Positions 1 through 9,553 of a stretch of 63,907 nucleotides of DNA are shown piece by piece. Each line of letters starts with the position of its first letter. The first letter of the stretch is position 1. Source of the stretch: Thermoplasmatota archaeon. GTDB lineage: Archaea; Thermoplasmatota; Thermoplasmata; UBA10834. The notes beneath the pieces are model-generated. The model had not been told where the DNA came from. It saw only the letters and a list, made by a program, of their open reading frames with translations, and ran no database searches. A program made the translations under genes and the position numbers. The stretch covers positions 1 through 63,907 of the forward strand of contig JAFGHM010000083.1 of the NCBI GenBank assembly GCA_016930135.1. The letters are read 5' to 3'.

Positions 1-492
1 AACATTCCCTGGATCCATGGCCACGGCCACCAGGAAAGTGGCTCCTGCCCCGCTGAGCTCGTTGGCGCCGGAGATTCCGTGCATGTGCGGGTTGATGTGC
101 ACCACAGAGCTGAAATCTGTGAGCAGAGCCTGACCTTTGCGCATTGCGCTTGATGCTGTGGGTTCCGGCACATGGTGGTCGGACACGACGGCCTTTGCGC
201 CCTCGAACTTGGACAGGGAGCCGCTCCCCAGGTCGGTGAGCCAGAGGGCGTCAGAAGGCCTGCTGCGCAGCGAGTCCACGGCCGCCTGGTCGAGCTTCTT
301 GAAGAATTCGACCTCGGACCTCACATGCGCGCGCGTGAGCGCACTTTTGGCTATCGCTGCAGCTGCCACGCCATCGGCATCTATGTGGGATGCGACCCGG
401 ACGAGCTCACAGCGCCTCAGCTCCTCTGCGCCCTTCCGAGCGGAAGACCACATCGCTTCCGGGATAGATGATACCAGGGATTCCAGGGTCAT
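1..492 (-). CDS. DHH-family phosphoesterase, archaeal RecJ-like (partial, runs off left edge)
   Basis: Manual translation from ATG at 492: MTLESLVSS...SHIDADG...TDLGSG...DHH...HINPH...ELSGAG, the DHH/RecJ motifs; not in ORF track. Confidence 0.9.
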   Translation of the reverse strand, partial: MTLESLVSSIPEAMWSSARKGAEELRRCELVRVASHIDADGVAAAAIAKSALTRAHVRSEVEFFKKLDQAAVDSLRSRPSDALWLTDLGSGSLSKFEGAKAVVSDHHVPEPTASSAMRKGQALLTDFSSVVHINPHMHGISGANELSGAGATFLVAVAMDPGNV

Positions 493-493
493 C

Positions 494-643
494 TCATAAC
501 CTCACGATTCCCAGCTCTTTGATGGCGAGGACAACGACGAAGGCTATGCCGATGAGCATAATCAACTTCACTGACCTGCTGATTAGGAATATGATCAGAG
601 CGAACGCGACAAGTGCGATCAACAGAGCCAGAAGTGCTTCCAT
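494..643 (-). CDS. Small 49-aa hydrophobic membrane protein
   Basis: MEALLALLIALVAFALIIFLISRSVKLIMLIGIAFVVVLAIKELGIVRL; stop abuts the RecJ-like start; fills the gap in a same-strand gene run. Confidence 0.7.
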   Translation of the reverse strand: MEALLALLIALVAFALIIFLISRSVKLIMLIGIAFVVVLAIKELGIVRL

Positions 644-671
644 CCCGAGACCACAACTCACAGGGCGCTAT

Positions 672-1448
672 TCAATCTTTGCAGAAACGGTCGTGAGTGC
701 CCAGGGTCAGTCTACTGAGGTGCCTGTATGCATGTTCCGACAGGGCCTTGAGATTCCTGCAGTCCGCTTCGTTGTACTCCATCAGCAGCTCGAGCGCGTT
801 CCTCTTTCCCTCCCGCTCCCACAGCCGCCAGAGGTACACCGCGTCCTCCCCGGTCATGTACTCAAGACGCCTGTCCCGCTCGAGCCCCAGCTCCCTTTCG
901 ATGCGCTTCAGCCCTCCGGTGAGGCCGAGCCTGCGCAGGGGATATCTCAAATCCACGTGCGGGACGGCGGGGACAGCGCCCGGGAACTGCGCTTCGATTA
1001 TCGGGAGGTCGAAGCCAGCCCCGTTGTAGGTCACGATGATCTCCACCGAGCCGAGAAGGGCCTTCACGTTCCGTGTGTTTAGATCTCGTCCCCGAAGGAG
1101 CGTATGCATACGCCTGCCATCGAACACGCCCAATACCGTGATGGGAGACCAAAGAGAGAGTCCGGTCGTCTCGATGTCCACAAACGCCACGGACCTGCCG
1201 AAGTCGCTGAGGCATCTCCAATGCTCCCTTCGCGAGACCTTGCGCGCGAAATATGAAGAATCGTGCGCCTCCAGCCTAGCCCTCGCAATCTCAAGTTCGT
1301 CGTCCATGCGCGACTTGCTCTCCTCGGAGATGCCCTTGATGCGACTCTCGGCCTCGAAGTCATCCCATGTGAGCACCCCGAACCTCCAGAGGGAGCGCTC
1401 TCTTTGGGTGCCCACTCCGTCAAGCAGTATGAACGAGTTCCTTAGCAT
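672..1448 (-). CDS. RNase H-like (YprB / RNase_H_2) exonuclease
   Basis: DIETTG, TYNGAGFDLP, HVDL, GGLKRIE, YNEAD motifs. Confidence 0.9.
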   Translation of the reverse strand: MLRNSFILLDGVGTQRERSLWRFGVLTWDDFEAESRIKGISEESKSRMDDELEIARARLEAHDSSYFARKVSRREHWRCLSDFGRSVAFVDIETTGLSLWSPITVLGVFDGRRMHTLLRGRDLNTRNVKALLGSVEIIVTYNGAGFDLPIIEAQFPGAVPAVPHVDLRYPLRRLGLTGGLKRIERELGLERDRRLEYMTGEDAVYLWRLWEREGKRNALELLMEYNEADCRNLKALSEHAYRHLSRLTLGTHDRFCKD

Positions 1449-1522
1449 CTGGCACAGGGACGTCACGGAGGGCTATTTAAGTCGTCCTGGGCCTGCTGAA
1501 TGTGCCCCGAAGGTTGTTAATC

Positions 1523-2284
1523 ATGGTGCGCACATCACACCCCGAGACAGTGAGAGGCTACAGGGTAGCGGACAACATCGAGGTCTTCCCAGGCGGAGCT
1601 GCACTGTTGCTGGATGGCAACGTGCTTGTGGTGGCAGACTTGCACCTCGGATACGAGGCCGCTCTCGAAGATGAGGGTCTGAGCATCCCCCGAGTACAGA
1701 CCAGCAAGATAGGGCAGTATCTGATGGAGGTGATTGACGAAGTCCGCCCGTCTAGGTTGATAGTTGCCGGGGACATGAAGCACAACTTCTCAAGGAACCT
1801 GACGCAGGAGTGGCAGGACGTGGATAGGTTCGTGAGAATGCTCAGCGGGCGCGTGAAGCTCGAGGTCATCAAGGGCAATCACGACAACTACCTCGGAGCT
1901 ATCCTTGGCGGATACGGGGTCCCCCTATCAATGGAGACGGACTGCGCAGGAGTCCGCATACTACACGGCCATAGGGGTGCGCTCAAGCATGGCATGACGA
2001 TAATGGGACACATTCATCCCTCGATACGACTGCGGGACAGTGTTGGTGCGACCCTCAAGAATCCGTGCTTCCTCTTCGATCCCAAGCTCAAGGTCCTGGT
2101 GCTGCCAGCGCTGAGCTTGGTATCTCCTGGCACCGACATCATCGGACAAGTGTGGGCAGACGGCGTTTCGCCGTTGCTTCCGGAGACCGGCCTATCGACT
2201 TTCGAGCCGATTGCCTTCTCGGGGACCAAACCCCTTATATTCCCCACGGTCGCCAAGCTCCGCATGCTTCGCCAAGACGACTGA
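1523..2284 (+). CDS. Calcineurin-like metallophosphoesterase (ICC-like, archaeal)
   Basis: DLHLG, GDMKH, GNHD, HGH, GHIHP motifs; start may be GTG at 1550. Confidence 0.9.
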   Translation: MVRTSHPETVRGYRVADNIEVFPGGAALLLDGNVLVVADLHLGYEAALEDEGLSIPRVQTSKIGQYLMEVIDEVRPSRLIVAGDMKHNFSRNLTQEWQDVDRFVRMLSGRVKLEVIKGNHDNYLGAILGGYGVPLSMETDCAGVRILHGHRGALKHGMTIMGHIHPSIRLRDSVGATLKNPCFLFDPKLKVLVLPALSLVSPGTDIIGQVWADGVSPLLPETGLSTFEPIAFSGTKPLIFPTVAKLRMLRQDD

Positions 2285-2375
2285 GGACAGGATATCGCAC
2301 TGGCCAGGATATCTGGGGGGCTAGACGAAAACATTATTAGCAACAAATGCTAGTCCGCCTCAAGGGGAGTCAAGA

Positions 2376-2630
2376 ATGGCTGACGAGAAGAAGTTGTCTA
2401 TAAGCGAGGTGAGGAAGACTATCGCCGTGTCTCTAGCCGCAGCATTCGGCTTCGTCATCGCTCTGTTGTGGAATGAAGTGGTGAAGGCCGGCATCGCCTT
2501 GGCGGGCGTGAAACTCACCCCCGAAGAGATAAGCCTGATAGGCTGGCTCGGTTACGTCGTGGTTGCGGTGGTTATCACAGTCGTGATGATCATCCTCATC
2601 ATCGTGATCGGCCGCTGGGGCAACAAGTAG
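2376..2630 (+). CDS. Small 2-TM membrane protein (DUF5654-like)
   Basis: AAFGFVIALLWNE motif, two hydrophobic segments, GGGGAG SD. Confidence 0.75.
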   Translation: MADEKKLSISEVRKTIAVSLAAAFGFVIALLWNEVVKAGIALAGVKLTPEEISLIGWLGYVVVAVVITVVMIILIIVIGRWGNK

Positions 2631-2649
2631 TCGACACGGGCCTCAGTCA

Positions 2650-2696
2650 CCCGGGATTGCGAATCCCGGGCGCGAAACCCCAATCTCCGGTTTTTC
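2650..2696 (+). terminator. Stem-loop followed by T-tract, likely terminator or mRNA 3' structure
   Basis: CCCGGGATT-GCG-AATCCCGGG perfect 9-bp stem (2650-2670); T6 at 2691-2696. Confidence 0.5.
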
Positions 2697-2780
2697 ATCG
2701 ACTGATTGTCGGGACTCTGTCGCGCATCCGAAAAACCTTATGTACGCGCAGACTAATGCTCAGGATGCCAGGTGGTCCAG

Positions 2781-3980
2781 ATGGCTAAGGGCATCTATGT
2801 CAGCGACGTCGACGTCGAGATGTCGAAGGACGTGGAGAGCCTCAGGATCGACAGGCACCTCGTCGCCGACCTGTCCGCGATGCTCCCTGGGCGCAGGCGG
2901 AAGATGCTCGATCGAATCGAGGAGTACGCCCACAAGAACCCGCTCGCCATAATCCCGATTCTCGTCAAGCACTACGATTCCGACATCCCGAAGGTGAGGA
3001 AGCAGGTCAGGGACAGCCTCGTGAGACTGACCCAGTCCGAGGTTGGGGAGCTGGCACTGGTCGAATGCGTCTTCAGCCGGCACGCGCAGATCGCATCGAC
3101 GGCGGCCGCAGTCCTCGAGGGCAGGGGGTTCAACAGCGTGAACTTCCTTTCGTACTACAGGCAGGCGGAGGCCCTCGTGATGCGTGCGAGGAAGGACGAT
3201 GTCTTCTGCCAGGACATTGAAGAGCTGATTTCGGATTCGATAGACACGTACAAGGAGGGCAGATTCGACCAGGCCATGACCAACATGATGATGGCCAAGG
3301 ACCTCCTCGAGGACAGGCTCGATTGGCACGGCCACCTCAGGGGCTATATCAAGGACGTGCTCAAGCTGACGCCGATGTTGAGCAGGAGCGGCGTGCAGAT
3401 AGACGGCATCCAGGATTCCATCCGGAACGTGGCGAAGGCGATGCAGGACAGGGAGTACACGGAAGCCAAGACTCTTCTAGACCTCCGCCGGGAGGAGACG
3501 CACCTGTGGAAGCAGCTCTGGAGCCTGAACGAGTACATAACCAAACGCGTCAAGGCGAAACCTCTGACAGAGCTCATGGTCCTCAAGGATGCGGACAAGT
3601 CTCTCATCGAGTCATTCCGGTCGATCAGGGAGGAAGTCGAGGAGATGACCCAAGAAGGCCGGGCCGTGGAGGCCTTGAGGGTGATCGAGGAGTTCCTCAG
3701 GGACGAGATATCATCCGGCTACCTGACCCGCGAGGGAAAGCGCCTGGACTCCAAGGACGAGGCCGCATGGTACTCAATGTGGGTCGTATCTCTTGGCGTT
3801 CTCAAGATGCTCGCACCCATAGTCCCGAACCTCGCCGAGGAGTTCTATCAGCAATACTTCAGGGACAGAGAGGGGGCTCCCAGCATACACACGGTGGACT
3901 GGCCGGAGCCCTTCGCGAAGGGGGGGTCGAGAAGAGTTGCTCCCAGACGCCCCAAGAAGGCGAAATCCCGCTCGGGCTGA
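2781..3980 (+). CDS. Helical-repeat protein with C-terminal class Ia aminoacyl-tRNA synthetase anticodon-binding-like domain
   Basis: C-terminal LKMLAPIVPNLAEEFYQQYF...SIHTVDWP resembles the ValRS/IleRS anticodon domain; N-terminus HEAT-like; no HIGH/KMSKS. Confidence 0.7.
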   Translation: MAKGIYVSDVDVEMSKDVESLRIDRHLVADLSAMLPGRRRKMLDRIEEYAHKNPLAIIPILVKHYDSDIPKVRKQVRDSLVRLTQSEVGELALVECVFSRHAQIASTAAAVLEGRGFNSVNFLSYYRQAEALVMRARKDDVFCQDIEELISDSIDTYKEGRFDQAMTNMMMAKDLLEDRLDWHGHLRGYIKDVLKLTPMLSRSGVQIDGIQDSIRNVAKAMQDREYTEAKTLLDLRREETHLWKQLWSLNEYITKRVKAKPLTELMVLKDADKSLIESFRSIREEVEEMTQEGRAVEALRVIEEFLRDEISSGYLTREGKRLDSKDEAAWYSMWVVSLGVLKMLAPIVPNLAEEFYQQYFRDREGAPSIHTVDWPEPFAKGGSRRVAPRRPKKAKSRSG

Positions 3981-3986
3981 CTTCAT

Positions 3987-4820
3987 CTAGACCTTTGGCG
4001 ACCAGTACCTGCCCTTCCTCTTCGCGTCCATGGACAAGAGCAGACGCATGCCCTCGATGCCCACGCGTATGCAGTCCGTCATGCTCTGCTCGAAGTCAAC
4101 GATCTTCTCTGTCGGGTGCCAGGGGACGACATCGGATATCGTGCATATCGCGCCAGCCCTCAGGCCCATAAGCGAGCAGAGGGTGAATATGGTGCCGTTC
4201 TCCATCTCGATGTTCTTCGCACCCATCTTCTTCGCATCAGATAACCGGTCCACCATAAAAGAGGGCATGTACCCGCTCTGGGACATTGGGCGGAGTTGGC
4301 CATTCTTCATGACCTTGTTCTCGCTGTAGAGTCCGTCGACGGAGAAGCAAATGCCGACATCGAACTTGGCGTCCAGCTTCTGGGCGCCCCCGATGAGCGC
4401 CAGCACCACCTCGTGGTTCGCCAGTGCAGGGTATGTCGCCCAGGCATAGCTCCTGCTTGTGCCGTCGGCTCTGATCGCGCCCGTGGATATGACGAGGTCT
4501 CCCTTCTCAAGTCCGTCCGCTATTCCGCCACTTGTGCCTATCCTGACGAATGTCTGAGCGCCGAGATTTGCCAGCTCCTCCACGAGTATCGCTGTGGACG
4601 GTCCTCCGATGCCTGTGGAGGCCACGGTCATCTCCGTACCGTCGAGAATGCCTCCGTAGACGGTGTACTCTCTGACCTGTCTGATTTTCGTGTGGCCGGA
4701 AAGCATCGCCGCGATTTTCGGTACGCGTTCTGGCTCTCCGCACAGGAAGACATACTTCGAGACCTCACCGGGCTCGAGCCCGGTGATCAGCTGCTTCTGC
4801 ATATCAACCGCACCATCCAT
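3987..4820 (-). CDS. udp: Nucleoside (uridine) phosphorylase
   Basis: GEPER, STGIGGPS, RIGTSG, NIEME motifs of the PNP/UDP family. Confidence 0.85.
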   Translation of the reverse strand: MDGAVDMQKQLITGLEPGEVSKYVFLCGEPERVPKIAAMLSGHTKIRQVREYTVYGGILDGTEMTVASTGIGGPSTAILVEELANLGAQTFVRIGTSGGIADGLEKGDLVISTGAIRADGTSRSYAWATYPALANHEVVLALIGGAQKLDAKFDVGICFSVDGLYSENKVMKNGQLRPMSQSGYMPSFMVDRLSDAKKMGAKNIEMENGTIFTLCSLMGLRAGAICTISDVVPWHPTEKIVDFEQSMTDCIRVGIEGMRLLLSMDAKRKGRYWSPKV

Positions 4821-4885
4821 CTTGGTCTCCTCAGAAATGCAGGTGAGGATAGATAAGCTCGATGGACGGGCCATCGTCATGCAAG

Positions 4886-5884
4886 CTATGTGATGATGAG
4901 CAACGCCACGGAGAGCACCATCCCGAAATAGGTGCTCATCAGCACCACGCCCCCGATCTGCGATATCCTCATGCCCCTGAGCATGAACACCAGCACGAGG
5001 AATGTCGAGAGGTTGAGGACGACAATAAGGGGCAGTATCTCCGCGCGGCCGAACTCGAAGGGCTTTGTTATGCCCATGAGGCCGAGGGTCAGGAGCACGG
5101 TGACGATGCTCGCCCCTATGCCCTCCCCGAGCGCCAGATCTCCGAACCCCCTCCTGGCCGCGTGGAAGGAGGCTGCTATGTCAGGGAGGGTCGTCCCCAG
5201 CGCAACGACCGATATCCCCAGGAGCCAGGGGTCTATCCCGAAATCGTCGGTCAGCGTGAGGGCCCCCCTGACGACGAACTCCGCGCCCATGACGGTCCAC
5301 AGGATGCCGAACACCAGCCATTGTGGCCCTGCCCTTATCTCGATCCTCCGGCCGAATATGTTCCCCATGAGCTCGAGCTGTATCATGGCGTCCTCCATGC
5401 TCTTCTCGAGCTGTTTCTCGTCAGTGCCCCTCTTGACGAGCAGGAGGTTCATCGTGTACGGGATGAAGAGCATCATGAGGGCGACGCCCTCGAAGAACGA
5501 GAGCGCGCAGTCGAGCAGGAGAACAGAGGCAACGATTGTGACGGTCATCAGGAACACGGCGTCCCGCATTATCATCTCCCTTGTGACCTTGAGGGGCACC
5601 ATGACGGCCGTGAGGCCTATGACGAACGCAATGGTTACGACGTTGGATGCGATCCCGTTGCCCAGAGCGAGCTCTTCGGACCCCTCCCCGAGGGCTATCA
5701 GGGAGACGAGCACCTCGGGCATTGCAGCCAGCGTCGAGACAACAAGCATGCCGATGACGAACCTGCTTATGTTGAATGATCTCGACAGTGCGAGGGCGTT
5801 GTCCGTGATGAACTTCGCCCCTTGGTTCAAGACCACGAAGCCTATGGCTATTATGGGTATGACCAAGAGAGACCAAGGATCCAA
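4886..5884 (-). CDS. Sodium:calcium antiporter family (YrbG-like)
   Basis: Two alpha-repeat-like motifs (AAMPE...GNGIASN; GTTLPD...GEGIGAS), about 10 TM segments. Confidence 0.9.
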   Translation of the reverse strand: MDPWSLLVIPIIAIGFVVLNQGAKFITDNALALSRSFNISRFVIGMLVVSTLAAMPEVLVSLIALGEGSEELALGNGIASNVVTIAFVIGLTAVMVPLKVTREMIMRDAVFLMTVTIVASVLLLDCALSFFEGVALMMLFIPYTMNLLLVKRGTDEKQLEKSMEDAMIQLELMGNIFGRRIEIRAGPQWLVFGILWTVMGAEFVVRGALTLTDDFGIDPWLLGISVVALGTTLPDIAASFHAARRGFGDLALGEGIGASIVTVLLTLGLMGITKPFEFGRAEILPLIVVLNLSTFLVLVFMLRGMRISQIGGVVLMSTYFGMVLSVALLIIT

Positions 5885-6004
5885 TTTGCCCCATCCCTTG
5901 CGCTCTTCTTGGCGAGGTACATGCCATACGCCTTCTTATGGCTTTTCGGGCTCGTTGCGACCTCTTGGGCAAGTTTGATGCCCTCGTCCGCCCTGACATG
6001 GCCC

Positions 6005-6472
6005 GTGAAGGGAGTATACTGTGTCATAGCCGCCCTGGGTGAGGGAAAGCGTATCAAGGTCGGGTCCCTGGGGGAGATCGAGTTCCCAGCGGGCGTGTAC
6101 GTGTATGTGGGCTCGGGGATGGCAGGGGTGGAGCAAAGGATCGAAAGACACGGCCGGAAGCAGAAGAGAAAGCGCTGGCACATCGACTACCTGATGGAGG
6201 AGGCGGAGTTCATCGCCTCGGCGGCCATCCCGTGCGAGGCGAAGGAGGTGGAGTGTGCAGCTGCGCTCTCCCTTGGGCACGCGGACGGTGCCGTCGGCAC
6301 TGTGAAGGGCTTCGGCTGCTCGGACTGTAACTGCGATTCACACCTCATCTACTTCGGCGACGTCGACCCTGAGTGGGTGGCAGAGGCGATATCTCTCCGG
6401 CTGTCCATGCTCGATTGCGTCTACCCGAGCAAGGACAACGGCAGACGATGGGCGGCCCGCGACAGGGAATAG
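6005..6472 (+). CDS. GIY-YIG (Uri / DUF123) endonuclease
   Basis: GVY...YVYVGS, RWHIDYL, GFGCSDCNCDSHL. Confidence 0.9.
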   Translation: MKGVYCVIAALGEGKRIKVGSLGEIEFPAGVYVYVGSGMAGVEQRIERHGRKQKRKRWHIDYLMEEAEFIASAAIPCEAKEVECAAALSLGHADGAVGTVKGFGCSDCNCDSHLIYFGDVDPEWVAEAISLRLSMLDCVYPSKDNGRRWAARDRE

Positions 6473-6507
6473 CATTTTATCGAGAGTCCATCGTTATGGT
6501 ACTCGGA

Positions 6508-7284
6508 ATGGCGCAGGAACTAGAATTGACACTTGTGTTCATAGTGGTCGGGCTCTCACTCCTACTGATATATCTCTACATCACCACGATAGAGAAGGTC
6601 CTTGAGAAGGTAGGTTTCACAAAGGGCGAGGCCAGCAGCATACTCTTTCTGACGCTCTTCTTCGGCTGGATCACGATACCGATGTTCCCGTACCCCGGAA
6701 CCGAATGGTGGGTCGGGATAAGTCTTGGCGGGGGCATCATACCGATCGTGATCTGCAGCATACTCCTGAAGTCCAAGAGAGTGAGCCTCGCCGAGGGCTT
6801 CATCGGTCTTGTGATAGTCGCCACAGTGACCTACTTCGTCACCAGGCCCGAGGAGGGCGTGGGCATAGTCGCAGAGGTGCCCTGGGCCTTCATGCCGGCG
6901 ATAGCCGCCGGACTCTATTCGGTCTCCGCGTTCTGGCTCGACATAAGGAGGGCCGCTCCTCTGGCGTATTTCTCGGGGGTGACCGGAACGCTCGTGGGTG
7001 CGGACGTGTTCCACCTCCAGGAGATACTCAGCTACCCCCCGCCCGCCGAAAGCACGTTCCCTCTGCTGAGCATAGGCGGTGCGAACATATTCGACATGGT
7101 CTACATCAGCGGCATCGTGGCGGTCCTCGTCGGTGTGCTGATATTCTGGTATGACAGGCAGCGGAGGAAGCTGGGCTTCGAGAGGTTCATTGCTGACTGG
7201 CGCGCGGGTGCCGAAGGCCTTCCGTACGCGAAGGAGCCAACCCCGTCCAAGACGCTGAGGCCGGATAGGAGGGGCAGGCTCTAG
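6508..7284 (+). CDS. DUF1614 family membrane protein
   Basis: GGGIIP, GTLVGAD, SIGGANIFD motifs. Confidence 0.85.
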   Translation: MAQELELTLVFIVVGLSLLLIYLYITTIEKVLEKVGFTKGEASSILFLTLFFGWITIPMFPYPGTEWWVGISLGGGIIPIVICSILLKSKRVSLAEGFIGLVIVATVTYFVTRPEEGVGIVAEVPWAFMPAIAAGLYSVSAFWLDIRRAAPLAYFSGVTGTLVGADVFHLQEILSYPPPAESTFPLLSIGGANIFDMVYISGIVAVLVGVLIFWYDRQRRKLGFERFIADWRAGAEGLPYAKEPTPSKTLRPDRRGRL

Positions 7285-7301
7285 GCCATCCGACAGATGC
7301 C

Positions 7302-8459
7302 CTATGTTCTTGCGCGCACGCCCGCATAGGCGATGGCGACCACGGATGCAAGGGCGAGCGCCGATGCGATGACGAACGCGTAGCCGGGGTCACCCGTGGC
7401 GTCTGCCACTATCCCCGACGCGTACACCAAGGCCGCACCTCCGCCGAGCTGAAAGCCGAACAGTATGCCGAACGCAGTGCCCCGCTCCTCCACGTCTGTT
7501 GCGTCACTGACGATGGCGAAGAGAGCTGGATAGGTTATGAACAGAACAGCTCCGTATATGACCAGCGCAGGCCCGACGACGAACCAGCTGGTGGATATCG
7601 CAAGCACCAAGACTCCGAGAGCGGAGACGGCGTATCCTGCGAGGAGCAGGTGCGTCTTGCCGTATGAAGCGCTGAGCCTTCCGAAGAAGTAAGAGGTGAC
7701 AGTGCCAACGCCTATCCACATCGCGAACATGAGGTCGGCTGTTCCTGCGGACCAACCGCCCCCGCTCGTCAGGTTGACGGGTCCGAAGTAGCTCGTGATC
7801 TGGTAGAGCGCGCCCCCCGCGACGATGGGGACCACCAGCGGGAGCATCTTCGACATCGTGCGTTCCGACCTGATTGTCTTCCCTCGGCCAGGTGACCTCG
7901 TCCTGATGCTCTCATCCTCTATCAGGAAAAGACCCAAGAGCACGGCGGCGAAGTCCAGCCCGGCCCAGAGTGCGCAGGGTGCTCTCCACCCGAACGCCTC
8001 TCCGAGAAACCCGGATGTGCCGAGTGCGATGATTACTCCGAAGTTGCCCACGCTGCTCTGGACTCCAAGTGCTGTCTCCAGGTACTTCCCGGAATATTCG
8101 CGCGTTATCCAGCTGGTGCCAACCGGGTGATAGAAGGACGCCCCCACTCGCATCACGGCCACCGCAAGGAACAGGGCGAGGAACTCGTTCACGAAGAGCA
8201 TCAGAACGAACGAGAGCCCCATCAAGCCTGCGCCGAGCTCGAGCAAATACCTGGAGAAGACGCGGTCTGCGAACCTTCCGACCACGTACTGCACGGCCAC
8301 GGTGATGAGCAGTGCGAACCCGAGCAGGCCGACCTCGTAGTATGAGATGCCCATCACATGCACGAGGAGCGGTATCAGGGCGACAAGGGCCATCAGGGTC
8401 CCGTCGTTACATGCATGATGGAAGCTTATGACCCACAGCAGCCTCGGCGGTCTCTGCAT
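7302..8459 (-). CDS. MFS transporter
   Basis: About 12 TM; HHACND, GRFADR, YHPVG motifs. Confidence 0.9.
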   Translation of the reverse strand: MQRPPRLLWVISFHHACNDGTLMALVALIPLLVHVMGISYYEVGLLGFALLITVAVQYVVGRFADRVFSRYLLELGAGLMGLSFVLMLFVNEFLALFLAVAVMRVGASFYHPVGTSWITREYSGKYLETALGVQSSVGNFGVIIALGTSGFLGEAFGWRAPCALWAGLDFAAVLLGLFLIEDESIRTRSPGRGKTIRSERTMSKMLPLVVPIVAGGALYQITSYFGPVNLTSGGGWSAGTADLMFAMWIGVGTVTSYFFGRLSASYGKTHLLLAGYAVSALGVLVLAISTSWFVVGPALVIYGAVLFITYPALFAIVSDATDVEERGTAFGILFGFQLGGGAALVYASGIVADATGDPGYAFVIASALALASVVAIAYAGVRART

Positions 8460-8562
8460 TCGGTTCAGAGGTCGGCAACGCCGAAGCTCCATAACTTCCT
8501 TGTGCGAAAGTATTATTCGCCCGTGGGCTCGTCCTGCCGGGGTGAAGAGATTCCCGAGCGGG

Positions 8563-9354
8563 ATGCGCCCCTCCACCCTTGAAGAGCGCCAGCAGTTCTA
8601 CGGGCACGAGTTCGACGTCCGTTCGTTGAGGAGATGGATAGGCCCCAGGCACGGCAGGCTCAAGTTCGCCATGATTCTCGGGAGACACACCGGGATTGTT
8701 GTCCCAAGACACGCGGCGCACAAGAACGATGTAGTCGTGATTGACAAGTGGGACACTGCGTCTGACCTAAGGGACTATGCCTTGGACTATCTCCCCGAGG
8801 GTACGTACTATGACAGGAACAGGTACAGGGACGTGAGTAAGTGCGTCGAGTGCGGGGAGGATAGACGCGGATGCGCTGACTGCTACAACTACTGCGGTCA
8901 GCAGCTTGCTTTCGACCTTGACCCTGAGAACGTTGACTGTCCATGGCACGGACACATCGGCCAGAAGATCGACCGAGGGCGGAAGTTGTCCTTCTGCATG
9001 TATGAGTTCAATGTAGTCCGGAAGCAGGCTATGGAGCTCGCCTCGGAACTCAGGCGCGAATACGACCGAGTGGGGATGGTGTACTCCGGCCGCGGGTTCC
9101 ACGTGGTCGTCGACGACGAGCGGGCCTATGCCCTATCCAGGTCGGAGCGCAAGAAAGTCGCTCGCATCTTCGGGAGAAGATATGCAATCGATGAGTGGGT
9201 GACCGAAGGAGGCTCCCGTCTGCTCAGACTGCCATATTCGCTGAACGGTTTGGTCTCAAGGAAATGCGTGATAATAGAAGAAGAAAGAGATTTGGTGGAG
9301 TTTGATCCTCGGAGTTCAGACATGGTACTGCCAGGTTTCGTGCATTCACCTTGA
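8563..9354 (+). CDS. Archaeo-eukaryotic primase small-subunit (PriS-like) paralog
   Basis: AFDLD motif I, YSGRGFH motif II, D...RLLRLPYS motif III, Cys/His Zn-binding clusters. Confidence 0.85.
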   Translation: MRPSTLEERQQFYGHEFDVRSLRRWIGPRHGRLKFAMILGRHTGIVVPRHAAHKNDVVVIDKWDTASDLRDYALDYLPEGTYYDRNRYRDVSKCVECGEDRRGCADCYNYCGQQLAFDLDPENVDCPWHGHIGQKIDRGRKLSFCMYEFNVVRKQAMELASELRREYDRVGMVYSGRGFHVVVDDERAYALSRSERKKVARIFGRRYAIDEWVTEGGSRLLRLPYSLNGLVSRKCVIIEEERDLVEFDPRSSDMVLPGFVHSP

Positions 9355-9444
9355 CTTGGCCGCACGGACCTCCTTGCCCATGTAGTATCCTCGCTTCTTA
9401 GCAGCCTTCCCGGCTTTCTTGGAAGTTTTCTTCTTTTTGGCCAT
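9346..9444 (-). CDS. 32-aa Lys-rich peptide
   Basis: MAKKKKTSKKAGKAAKKRGYYMGKEVRAAKSR; AGGTAGG SD-like site upstream; not in ORF track. Confidence 0.6.
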   Translation of the reverse strand: MAKKKKTSKKAGKAAKKRGYYMGKEVRAAKSR

Positions 9445-9484
9445 GTCAGAAACCTACCTGAAAACAGAGGAGCCCTCACACCTT

Positions 9485-9553
9485 CTACTTCTTCTTCTTC
9501 TTCTTGGCTTTCTTCTTTGTTGCCTTCTTCTTTGCCTTCTTTCCGCACGCCAT
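9485..9553 (-). CDS. 22-aa Lys-rich peptide
   Basis: MACGKKAKKKATKKKAKKKKKK; AGGAGG SD 7 nt before ATG; nearly all Lys codons are AAG. Confidence 0.7.
   Translation of the reverse strand: MACGKKAKKKATKKKAKKKKKK

Noticed and set aside
6005..6472. GIY-YIG nuclease as a homing endonuclease or mobile element
   Set aside because: Matches the housekeeping DUF123/Uri type; no intron, intein or flanking repeats
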